DNA from: Macrostomum lignano
Taxonomy: Eukaryota
Direction of reading: 5' to 3'
Length of the DNA stretch: 64,000 nucleotides
Assembly (NCBI GenBank): GCA_002269645.1
Contig: NIVC01000103.1
Span: 865,393-929,392 of the forward strand
Positions 27,082 through 45,000 of the stretch are shown here, one piece after another. The notes beneath the pieces are model-generated. The model made no database searches. It was not told the origin of the DNA and saw only the letters and a list, made by a program, of their open reading frames with translations. The position numbers and the translations under genes are program-made. Each line of letters opens with the position of its first letter. Within the stretch, counting starts at the first letter, position 1.

Positions 27082-30000
27082 AGATAATCACCTCTTATCT
27101 CCAAATCCCAAAGCTTCCTATCCCTATCCCTAAACTTCCCCATCTCTAAACTTCCCAACCCCAAAACTTCCCCAAGCTTCACTATCCTCAAGCTTCCCCA
27201 TCCTAAACTTCCCCAAGCTTCACTATCCTCAAGCTTCCCCATCCTAAACTTCCCCAAGCTTCACTATCCTCAAGCTTCCCCATCCTAAACTTCCCCAAGC
27301 TTCACTATCCTCAAGCTTCCCCATCCTAAACTTCCCCATCGTATCTCTAAACATCCCCATACCCCAAGCTATCCCATCCCTACACTTCCATATCCTGAAA
27401 CTTCTCAGTCCGTAATTATATTAACGCGTACTTCAATACTCCATAAGCATAAATAAGCAGACATTGTCGCAGACCTTCTTAGCCATTTTAACACGAAGCT
27501 CAGCCTCAAGGAAAGCCTCGTTGTCGTGTTCGTTGTGATCTTCAACTAGATGCACAGAGAACTGGCTGCAGTCTGTGTCTGTGAGAGCACAAAATTAAAT
27601 GCATTATTTAGTAAGTCGTATCTGAGGCATGTCCAAAGCGCATTTGCGTTACTTTATGAATTTTAGAATCGCATTTCCCGTTTATAACAACTCTATTTAG
27701 TCTACTTGAGTTAGTAGAGAGTTAAGCGCCAACACAACGGCTTCTGGACGACTTTTTAGCGACTATTTTTACAATTTATGCAACTCACCTGATGCTCTAG
27801 CGAACAAACATTCGCCTCTCCGTTACATTACAGTCGTTTGAGTCGTAAAAAAGTCACACGAGTCACCCCAGAGTCGCCTTAGTAACTTTTGAGTTGCTTG
27901 CAATGACTCTTCATCGATTGGCGGCAGAGACCACAGCCCTCCCCATATTGCGACTATCACTGTCTATTAAAAAAAGTTCTAAAACAAGCAATAGACTTAC
28001 GAGATAAAGGTGCATCAAAATAAAACCAGATATTGTGAGTGCCAGGCACTTCGGATGAGCTCGGGTGCAAATCGTACAGACCCAGCCGAGGCTCCTGCTC
28101 TGTAGGTAAACAAGAAGCAATTATTGATGGCTGTTATTAATGAGTCATATCTACATGTACATGTATATATACTACTAACTTTGTGCAGTAATACGAGGGT
28201 CCTCCGGAAAGTTTAGACACTTTTAGGCTACGGGGGGATTGCTATAATGCTGTGACTCTTGGGGAGAATTGCTGAGATGTCAAGACTCTAGGGGAATTGC
28301 TATAATGCTGTGGTGACTCTAGGGGGAATTGCTGAGATGTCAAGACTCTAGGGGAATTGCTATAATGCTGTGACTCTTGAGGAGAATTGCTGAGATGTCA
28401 AGACTCTAGGGGAATTGCTATAATGCTGTGACTCTTGAGGAGAATTGCTGAGATGTCAAGACTCTAGGGGAATTGCTATAATGCTGTGACTCTTGAGGAG
28501 AATTGCTGGGATGTCAAGACTCTAGGGGAATTCCTATAATGCTGTGGTGACTCTAGGGGAGAATTGCTGAGATGTCAAGACTCTAGGGGAATTGCTATAA
28601 TGCTGTGGTGACTCTAGGGGAGAATTGCTGAGATGTCAAGACTCTAGGGGAATTCCTATAATGCTGTGGTGACTCTAGGGGGAATTGCTGAGATGTCAAG
28701 ACTCTAGGGGAATTGCTATAATGCTGTGACTCTTGAGGAGAATTGCTGGGATGTCAAGACTCTAGGGGAATTCCTATAATGCTGTGGTGACTCTAGGGGA
28801 GAATTGCTGAGATGTCAAGACTCTAGGGGAATTGCTATAATGCTGTGGTGACTCTAGGGGAGAATTGCTGAGATGTCAAGACTCTAGGGGAATTCCTATA
28901 ATGCTGTGGTGACTCTAGGGGGAATTGCTGAGATGTCAAGACTCTAGGGGAATTGCTATAATGCTGTGACTCTTGAGGAGAATTGCTGGGATGTCAAGAC
29001 TCTAGGGGAATTCCTATAATGCTGTGGTGACTCTAGGGGAGAATTGCTGAGATGTCAAGACTCTAGGGGAATTGCTATAATGCTGTGACTCTTGAGGAGA
29101 ATTGCTGAGATGTCAAGACTCTAGGGGAATTCCTATAATGCTGTGGTGACTCTAGGGGGAATTGCTGAGATGTCAAGACTCTAGGGGAATTGCTATAATG
29201 CTGTGACTCTTGAGGAGAATTGCTGAGATGTCAAGACTCTAGGGGAATTCCTATAATGCTGTGGTGACTCTAGGGGGAATTGCTGAGATGTCAAGACTCT
29301 AGGGGAATTGCTATAATGCTGTGACTTTTGAGGAGAATTGCTGAGATGTCAAGACTCTAGGGGAATTGCTATAATGCTGTGACTCTTGAGGAGAATTGCT
29401 GGGATGTCAAGACTCTAGGGGAATTCCTATAATGCTGTGGTGACTCTAGGGGAGAATTGCTGAGATGTCAAGACTCTAGGGGAATTCCTATAATGCCGTG
29501 GTGACTCTAGGGGGAATTGCTGAGATGTCAAGACTCTAGGGGAATTGCTATAATGCTGTGGTGAGTCTTGGGGAGAATCGCTGAGATGTCTCCAGAGCTC
29601 CAAGGCCAGAGCTCTCAGGGGGTGTTGGTATCTCAGGTACAGTAACCTTACTGTAATCATAGATCTCCTCTGAATAAACAGCGGCACTTGTAGGTGCTGT
29701 CACATCATTATAATCTGTGACAAATATTTGAAAAGCCAATCGTAGCGGTTTCAAATTTCTAGCCGTATACATCGATGACATGCTTGTGAGATCCTCTGGA
29801 AAAAACACAGTAGAAAATTGTTTTCAATCCAGCGTTGAAAGTCTATTGACACGAAACAATATTTGAGTGAAAATTCTCACTATTAAACGGATTAAAGTTG
29901 ATAGCCAGGCGTCTGTTCACCGCTTCTTGAAGCTTGTCTGGCGGCCGCAACAGGACGCACACTAGGGACACCTTTTCCAGTCTGAAATTTAATCAGCAAC

Positions 30001-31423
30001 CAAATATGAAATCATGATTAATATTACAACCCTGATTCCTGCATTTACAGTCCTGATTCCTGCATTCACAGCTTTGATTCCTGCATTCACAGCTTTGATT
30101 CCTGAATTCACAGCCCTGATTACTACATTCACAGCTTTGATTCCTACATTCACAGCTTTGATTCCTGCATTCACAGCTTTGATTCCTGCATTCACAGCCC
30201 TGATTACTACATTCACAGCTTTGATTCCTACATTCACAGCTTTAATTCCTGCATTCACAGCTTTAATTCCTGCATTCACAGCCCTGATTCCTGCATTCAC
30301 AGCTTTGATTCCTGAATTCACAGCCCTGATTACTACATTCACAGCTTTGATTCCTGAATTCACAGTTTTGATTCCTGCATTCACAGCTTTGATTCCTGCA
30401 TTCACAGCTTTGATTCCTGCATTCACAGCTTTGATTCCTGAATTCACAGTTTTGATTCCTGCATTCACAGCTTTGATTCCTGCATTCACAGCTTTGATTC
30501 CTGCATTCACAGCTTTGATTCCTGCATTCACAGCTTTGATTCCTGCATTCACAGTTTTGATTCCTGCATTCACAGCTTTGATTCCTGCATTCACAGCTTT
30601 GATTCCTGCATTCACAGCTTTGATTTCTGCATTCACAGCTTTGATTCCTGCATTCACAGCTTTGATTTCTGCATTCACAGCTTTGATTCCTGCATTCACA
30701 GCTTTGATTCCTGCATTCACAGCTTTGATTCCTGCATTCACAGCTTTGATTCCTGCATTCACAGCTTTGATTCCTGCATTCACAGCTTTGATTCCTGCAT
30801 TCACAGCTTTGATTTCTGCATTCACAGCTTTGATTTCTGCATTCACAGCTCTGATTCATGCATTCACATCCCTAATTCTCATATTCACAGCCCTGAATTC
30901 CCCATTCACAGACCCGATTCTCGTATTCACAGCCTTGATTCCCGTATTCACAGTCCTGATTCCTGCATTCACAGTCCTAATTCCCATATTTACCACCCTG
31001 ATTTTCCCATTAACCTAAACACAATGGACCATTCACTAAAATACAAGACAGTCGCTTAAGGTACAGCAGACATATTTCTACAAAACATTCACACTTTGAT
31101 ATTTCCATAACTTACGAAATTTCAAATTCAGTTTTCCCCCCAAGCGAATCTGTGTCTTTCTTTAATTGAAATGTGCCACTGCGACAGTCGTCACCGACCA
31201 TGAAGAATGGATGCGGATAGAGGTCTGGACTGACGGTGCCACCAATAACAGTCACAGACTTCTGCATCAGAGGATCGATGTTGGACACTCTGACTCTAAC
31301 GCAGCTCTTCTCGCTGCGACCGTACAGCAGACCGCCAAGTTTACCACCGGACACTTCTTTTTCATACCGGAATCTGTGATATCTGGTTGGCTGTTCCAAT
31401 ATTTCAATGCTTAGACTGGTCAT
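26014..31423 (-). CDS. Rel-homology-region transcription factor paralog RHR4 (~387 aa) with Q/P-rich tail
   Basis: Exons 31423-31116 (IEILEQPTRYHRFRYEKE), 29981-29881, 29795-29652 (NLKPLRLAFQIF), 28099-28001 (NIWFYFD), 27578-27475, 26878-26680 (HLIVAEKP), 26222-26014 (EAKRLR NLS then QLQQPSQPQSQPP). 1164 nt open frame; the exon 6 donor is the least certain boundary. Confidence 0.82.
28228..29590. repeat. ~57-60-bp minisatellite (RHR4 intron 3)
   Basis: GGGGAATT(G/C)CTATAATGCTGTG...GAATTGCTGAGATGTCAAGACTCTA units. Confidence 0.95.
30022..31005. repeat. 21-bp minisatellite (RHR4 intron 1)
   Basis: CTGCATTCACAGCTTTGATTC units. Confidence 0.95.
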
Positions 31424-31547
31424 TGAGCTGTAAAAATAGACAGATTCTTATTGTATGCCTTTTGCCTGCCTTTTCATATTGAACCCATTGTTAGGGAAAA
31501 TGCTAAATTAACTATATTGTAAATGCACACATATTAATGCCGCTCAT

Positions 31548-31960
31548 TTGGGGTGGTTGGGTTGGCCAGTGTGCAGACACAAGGGGTGGTGGGGTTGGCC
31601 AGTGTGCAGACACAAGGGGTGGTGGGGTTGGCCAGTGTACAGACACAAGGGGTGGTGGGGTTGGCCAGTGTGCAGACACAAGGGGTGGTGGGGTTGGCCA
31701 GTGTACAGACACAAGGGGTGGTGGGGTTGGCCAGTGTGCAGACACAAGGGGTGGTGGGGTTGGCCAGTGTACAGACACAAGGGGTGGTGGGGTTGGCCAG
31801 TGTACAGACACAAGGGGTGGTGGGGTTGGCCAGTGTACAGACACAAGGGGTGGTGGAGTTGGCCAGTGTACAGACACAAGGGGTGGTGGGGTTGGCCAGT
31901 GTACAGACACAAGGGGTGGTGGAGTTGGCCAGTGTGCAGACACAAGTGGTGGTGGGGTGG
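31548..31960. repeat. 33-bp minisatellite
   Basis: GGGGTTGGCCAGTGT(A/G)CAGACACAAGGGGTGGT units. Confidence 0.95.
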
Positions 31961-32615
31961 CCCTCATATCATACCATACTAAACAATCTTTATAATTAGA
32001 ATTTTATATTTAAATTCCTTGATTGATATAACTCTGAATTCAGCACATGTGCCTGTGCTTAACGTATGGCACTAAATTAAGACAGTTATAATGTAACAAC
32101 AAAACGATTTTCGCAATTATTCTAATAACTAGTCGAATAACAGCATTACAGCATTAACAATACTCGTATGTAAAGGTACCTCTTCATTAATGTATTATAC
32201 GTACATTAAGACTTATTAGTCTTGAATTCATGGAAAATACGGTTGTATAAAAACGGAATTGAAACAATGACATTGTCATTCTCAACATTAAAAAGTTCCG
32301 CTACAATTACACGGACCTTGGCGTGTTGATTGACAGATCGAATAATGATAAATTACAATGATTTACGATGAAACGTAAGTTACGAAAAAATCAATTTCAA
32401 GCAGAGCGTATTGACAGTAGTATATGCGATATATTAAAATTTACCTAATTTGACTTATTAATAAATTAAAAAGGGTGACAATAGAAGCTGCAGGTAATAC
32501 ATTAATTACTCCCTAATAAGACAAGTGCCAAACTGTTAGGTCAATGGCGGTAAACAAAGACACAATAGCAAAGCTTGGATTTAGGAATTACTCAATAATT
32601 CCAAAACAGCTCATA

Positions 32616-32788
32616 GGGGCGTAGTAGCCTAGGGGTTAGAGCATCGGACTCACGACTTGAAGGTCGGGGGCTCGATTCCCGATTTCACTCGTAACTTTGC
32701 ATTGCTTCACCCAGTTGTAAAATGGGTGCCAGCATTAGCTGGGGTAATTGAGGGTCCTTGGACGAGCAATAGCTGCGGCTGAGCTGTT
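32616..32788 (+). mobile_element. Internally deleted copy of the same SINE
   Basis: tRNA-like head (GGACTCACGAC, GGCTCGATTCC), TGTAAAATGGGTGCCAGCATTAGCTGGGG, and AATAGCTGCGGCTGAGCTG. Confidence 0.62.
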
Positions 32789-32844
32789 AATAAACACTCA
32801 TAAACACACAGATTGACACCTGAGAAAAGCTTTTATATTAATAA

Positions 32845-38653
<5,809 letters not shown>

Positions 38654-38819
38654 GGTGCTGGTTGGACTGGGATCAATAAGAGGACGTTTTATGACGAGAT
38701 GAGCCACTTACTGCGCACTATGTCAAATTTTCAGCAGCATTGCAGAATCAGAATTCAAAGCTGAAAAATAGTTCAGTGCTTGATTAACTGCTAACTTTAT
38801 AACTACTTACTCAATACTA

Positions 38820-39340
38820 CTTACTGATTCAATAAAACTACTGAATACTACTCACTGAATACTACTCATTAAATACTACCTATCTGTACTCAACATTATT
38901 TGCTTAATAATACTCACATAGTACTACTCACCCAATGCTACTAACTGAACACTACTCACTCAATACTACTAACTGAATACTACTCACTCAATACTACTAA
39001 CTGAACACTACTCACTCAATACTACTAACTGAATACTACTCACTCAATACTACTAACTGAATGAAACTCACTCAATACTACTAACTGAATGAAACTCACT
39101 CAATACTACTAACTGAATGAAACTCACTCAATACTACTAACTGAATGAAACTCACTCAATACTACTAACTGAATGAAACTCACTCAATACTACTAACTGA
39201 ATGAAACTCACTCAATACTACTAACTGAATGAAACTCACTCAATACTACTAACTGAATGAAACTCACTCAATACTACTAACTGAATGAAACTCACTCAAT
39301 ACTACTAACTGAATGAAACTCACTCAATACTACTCACTTA
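38820..39340. repeat. 28-bp AT-rich minisatellite
   Basis: ACTCACTCAATACTACTAACTGAATGAA units. Confidence 0.92.
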
Positions 39341-40924
39341 ATACCGCATACTACTACTCACGTACTACTACACAAAAACTTTTAATCAAGAAATTACTAG
39401 CGCTTTAATCTTCTTTAAAACTATAAAAAGTAGAATAAATTAACAAATCACTAAATAATACACAGTTTTGTAAATTAATAGTTTTAAAAATTTAGCAGAA
39501 AAAAGAACTGCACAAAAGCCGGATTTTTTGCTTTTAGCTTTCATGGATAAAATTGAAACCAACAACAACATATTTTAGCCGGATTAGCAAGGCATAAAAA
39601 TTTACAGACATAGAGACATACTAAAGCGATAAAGAAGACTTTAATGGCGATATTCATAACAAAAACAAATAACTGCAATTTGTTATAATTAAATACCAAT
39701 ATATAAACTTTAGTGTTTGAGTAATATATTTTGCATTAAAAATCATTAAATATAAAAAAACACAAACTGATTTGCATAAATACTACTGACAGTAGCGAGA
39801 AAATGTGGACAAATTTGAAGCAGCAGTACAGTTTAGAAAATTCTTTGTCAATTGAATATGGCGAACACACCAGTTGTGAAAAGCATGCAGATGAAGCAAC
39901 AGTTTATAATAAACAAACCATGAATATCATAGATAAACCTTTGTTATTTACAGCAGATAAAGCTGTCCAAATATTGCACTGAATTTGGTGAAAAATATTA
40001 TATTTAATTCAACATATAGAAGTATAGATATTAAATAAATTCGATAAAAAACACACAACAAAAATTTGAGTATTCGAAAATCGATATTGCTGTAACAGCA
40101 GACAGGCAGCTTAGGTTAGATAGATAAAATAAAATAGCAACAGTCCGTGTACATCAGATTAGAGCAGATTGAGTAAGGATTGAGAAGGCCTTTTGAGTAG
40201 TTCTTAATGACTAGACATAATTTACCAGCTTAATATATACATAAATGAGATCTAAAAAACTTTCAATTTTTATAGAAGCAAGCGCAAAATAATGGTAATA
40301 TACGCACGTGTATTTAGTGTTACTATTAGTAGTACTTTTAAATAGTATATTTGGCTTAAAAGCAACAAAAGCACTAATAGCATAATTTATTACAAAAGAA
40401 AAATTCTTTTAACCCAATCTATATTGTCATCAAAAGCAATGTCAAAGGAAGACAAAAATTACTAAAAATGAAACTATAAATTTATGAATTATTAGCAAAC
40501 TCTTATGGGATTGCATGCGGAATTAACGTAGCTAGCCTTACTATTCAAGGCAAAAATAAATAAATAATTAGAGTTTATCATTTTCGTGAGTAATTAAACA
40601 GGAAAAATACTTTCAAACATGATTGTCGTTTAAAATGATTTTTAGGTATAATATTTAACACAGAACGGAATTGCGTTAATAAGTTTTTCTACTCTTATTG
40701 ATTACTTGTTTATTACGATTCAGATGTACCATAAACTTATTGTCAAATTGATTTGATAGGTATTATTTAAAATCTAATTCCGATTTTCAACTTAATAATC
40801 AAATTATTAATTAATAGCCAGAGTTCCCACTATAAATTATAATTAGTTTGCCTTGGGCACAAAGATTTCGTAAGCCAATGAATTCGATTGTACAAAAATC
40901 CATTGCTAGTGACTCGGTGATCCA

Positions 40925-41049
40925 GGCAATCAATCAATTAATCAAACAATCAGCCTATCAATTAATCAATCAATCAAACAATCAACTAACCAATCAATCA
41001 ATCAGCCAATCAATCAGTTAACAAATCAATCAATCAATTAAACAATCAG

Positions 41050-41085
<36 letters not shown>

Positions 41086-41114
41086 CCAACCAATCAATCA
41101 ATCAATCAATAAAC

Positions 41115-41156
<42 letters not shown>

Positions 41157-41309
41157 GCCAATAAGTCAATCAATCAACCAATCAATTAATCAATCAATAA
41201 GCCAATCAATTATTCAATCAATCAATCAATCAATCAGCCAATAAGTCAATCAATCAACGAATCAATTAATCAATCAATAAGCCAATCAATCAATCAATCA
41301 ATCAATCAG

Positions 41310-41345
<36 letters not shown>

Positions 41346-41401
41346 GCAATCAATCAATCAATCAAGCAATCAATCAATCAGCCAATCAATCAATCAATAA
41401 G

Positions 41402-41448
<47 letters not shown>

Positions 41449-41522
41449 GCCAATCAATCAATCAATCAATCAATCAGCCAATCAATCAATCAATCAATTA
41501 ATCCATCAATCAATCAATCGCC
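40925..41522. repeat. (ATCA)n microsatellite just 3' of the Abl stop
   Basis: TCAA tetramer runs. Confidence 0.95.
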
Positions 41523-41524
41523 AT

Positions 41525-41911
41525 TCACCGCTTCAACAGCTGCTGCAGCTCTGTAAAATCGGCCCTCAACGATTCCAGCATCGCCGGCACGCCGACATCC
41601 TCAGGCGACTCGATGCCTCGCCGACGAAACTCGACCAGCCGGTCAGACAGGCAGCCGTCAGCCTGTTGACTGGCCGAGCTGCCGCAGGCAACCAACAAGC
41701 GATTGAGCCAATCGGGCATACCCGAGCTGCTGCTTCGGCTGAGCTGCTCCTGCTGCAGGGCGTAGCAAGCCAGCAGTTTGATGCCGGCACTGGCTTGATC
41801 GCTCAGCTCTCTGACATCGGCCGCTGTCAGAGGGAACAGGCCCAGAAGGAAGTCGCAACCGCAGATTAATTCGTTAATACTGGTTAGAACTTCTTCTCTA
41901 GTTGGAGAGGC

Positions 41912-41964
<53 letters not shown>

Positions 41965-41966
41965 GG

Positions 41967-42005
<39 letters not shown>

Positions 42006-45000
42006 GATTTCGAAGGCTGGGTAGGCAGAGGCTTTAACTGCTGATCAATCGATGAAGAAGCTGACGAAGTTGAAGCTCTTTGCTGCGGATGCTGATGATG
42101 ATGCTTGCGACGACGCTGGGGTTTACCGTTACCTGTAGCAGTGGAGGTGCCTGCATTGCTGGTAAAGGCTGTCCAAGACCTTCTCTGCTGTTGCTGCTGT
42201 TGCTGCTGCTGCTGCTGCTGGCTGGACAGATCTTCCGTCAAAGACTGGCGGAGCTGCTGCTGCTGCTGCTGATGCTGCTGCAAATGCGACGAAACCCGGC
42301 GAATACCAATCGGAGGACTCGATTGGCAGGCAACGGCCGTTTTCATTGGCTGAGGCGGCTGACGATGCAGCGACTCCCTAGACGACGTGTTGGACTCGGA
42401 GCTGCCTCCGGTGTCGCTGGGAGTCGCCGTTGCGCCGCCGCTGCCGCCGCCGCCCAGCTGACCTCGCCGGTGACGATGATGTCGATGGCGGCGCCGCTGC
42501 CGTTGCTGCGACAGTCGCTGGTGTTGCTGAAGCCACGAAGCCGACGATGCCGCGTCGCTATCGTTGCTATGGTGATGATGATTGTTAGAGTCCATGGCAA
42601 CCGCAGCGGCGGAGGAGGACGGAGCATCAACTGGAGTGCTGACGCTTCTCATGTGAGCGACTGCTGCAGTGGAGGACGCGGAATTGTCGTGCGCTGCTGC
42701 CGAGGCTGCGGTTGCCAAGCTGAGGGATGGCCTCATTATCAGCATGTTATTCATTAGCCTAGGCGGATGCTGAGACTGGGAAGCAGATGAAGCTGACGTT
42801 GGTAGGCGCTTGCTGACGCCTACGAGGAGGTGAGGTGGTATTAGGTGATAGTGGTTTTATTCCATGGTTATATTCTATGATTATATTTTATGATTATATT
42901 CCATGGTTATATTCAATGATTATATTTTATGATTATATTCCATGGTTATATTCCATGATTATATTCTATGATTATATTCTATGGTTATATTCTATGATTA
43001 TATTCTATGATTATATTCTATGATTATATTCTATGATTATATTCCATGGTTATATTCTATGATTATATTCCGTGGTTATATTCTATGATTATATTCCGTG
43101 GTTATATTCTATGATTATATTCTACGATTCTATTCCAGGGTGTTATTCTATGGTTAATTGATTATCATTTGTGCTTCTATTTTTATGACACATGCGGCCG
43201 GCCCGCAAAGTCTCTCTTATCCGGCCCTCGGGTCCTTTGAAACCTCAGCTCAAGGTTTGTGTCTCTTCTCAACTCGCTTCTCTCACCCCTCTCCCCCTGG
43301 TCTCATCTCTCATCTTTTTCCTCTCGCAAAAACAGCGCTTACCAGGGCAGGTCACAATCGAAGTCTGCTGAATCGTTGATCCTCCACCGCCGCGACGCCT
43401 TCGAGTTGGCGCCGAGCTCGGGTGCTGCCCACCGCCACCGCTGCCTGCGGTGTTCGTCGAAGAACCACCAACTCCGGTGGCACCACCTGAATTGTCCAAT
43501 TCCTCATCAAGCGTGGGAGTTCTCCGATGCTGCTGCTGCTGCTGCTGCAAATCAAATCTTCGACTCCGATTGGAGCTGCAGGTGGAGCCGCTGTGGTGGC
43601 TGGCGACATCGTCTGCCGGATTGCTGTTGGAGCCCGCCGAGGCCACCGCTGCGCGAGGGGATTTAGGGGACGGATGACAGGGATAGCATCGTTTTTAGAG
43701 GTTAGATAATTATGATCCGTATGCTCATGATATGGGTCATTTGTTGTGTGGGTCATAGGATATTTGGGTCAAGGGTCAAACGTCAAAGGATGGTTTAAGT
43801 CATTGTATATTTGTGTTGTAAGATTTTCCGGTCATAAGATATTGGGTCATGAATTGGATCAGAAGATATTTTGGTCATGGAGTATTTGGCTCATGGGATA
43901 TTTGGGTTATAGATTGGATCATAATAATATTTAGGTCATCGAATATTTTTCGATCATGGAATATTTTAAACATGAGATTTTGGGTCGAGGATTGGCCATA
44001 ATATTTGGATCATAAGATATTGGGTCATGAGATTGGGTCATCGACTATTTGGGTCATAAATTGAGTCATACAATATTTAAGTCATAGATTCGGTCATGGG
44101 ATATACAGGCTCTGGAAAAACATTACAACAGAAAAAGGAAAATGAAACAAAATCCAATGCAATAAATCTATTTGCATTATCAGTAAAATTAAGCCACAAA
44201 ATACCTCTAATTAACTAAAATTGGGTTTAAACAACATATTGCTAAACTATAGAAACAATAATTTAAAAAGCCAATGAAGGAGCAACACTGACACAAAGTC
44301 AAAATATAGGAATTAAAGGGATTAGACTAGTAATCTTATAAAAAGGCGTTGGCCAGTACTTGATAGAGGCTTGGCCTGGGCGCCAGTGGTACACAGGTAC
44401 ATGGCTGATGGGGCGTCAGTCTGTAGACAGCAGCTGACTTTGGTAACGCTGCTGGAAGACGGGGGCGCCTCAGCGATCTGCAACGACTGCTGCTGCAGCT
44501 CCTGCAACTGCAGCTCCAGGGCTGCGATGTCTGCGAAATTGAAATGCATACTTAGCCACATTTTCCAAGGTTCAATAATCTTATACTGGCATGCATTAAT
44601 CAAAATATGGCTTTATTTAACAAAATAATCACCATAGATCTAGTAGCCGTGATCACCAACAGGGGAATTCCCTTGAATTGTCCACCAACAGGGGAATTTC
44701 CCTGAATTGTCCACCAACAGGGGAATTTCCCTGAATTGTCCACCAACAGGAGAATTCCCCTGAATTGTCCATCAACAGGGGAATTCCCCTGAATTGTCCA
44801 CCAACAGGAGAATTCCCCTGAATTGTCCACCAACAGGGGAATTTCCCTGAACTGTCCACCAACAGGAGAATTTCTCTGAATTGTCCACCAACAGGGGAAT
44901 TTCTCTGAATTGTCCACCAACAGGGGAATTTCCCTGAATTGTCCACCAACAGGGGAATTTCTCTGAATTGTCCACCAACAGGGGAATTTCTCTGAATTGT

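Noticed and set aside
28228-29590. CRISPR-like regular array
   Set aside because: The units have no unique spacers, there are no cas genes, and the context is eukaryotic and intronic.
29989-31999. NAGIKAV / PAFTALI / HWPTPPP repeat ORFs
   Set aside because: Translations of the 21-bp and 33-bp minisatellites.
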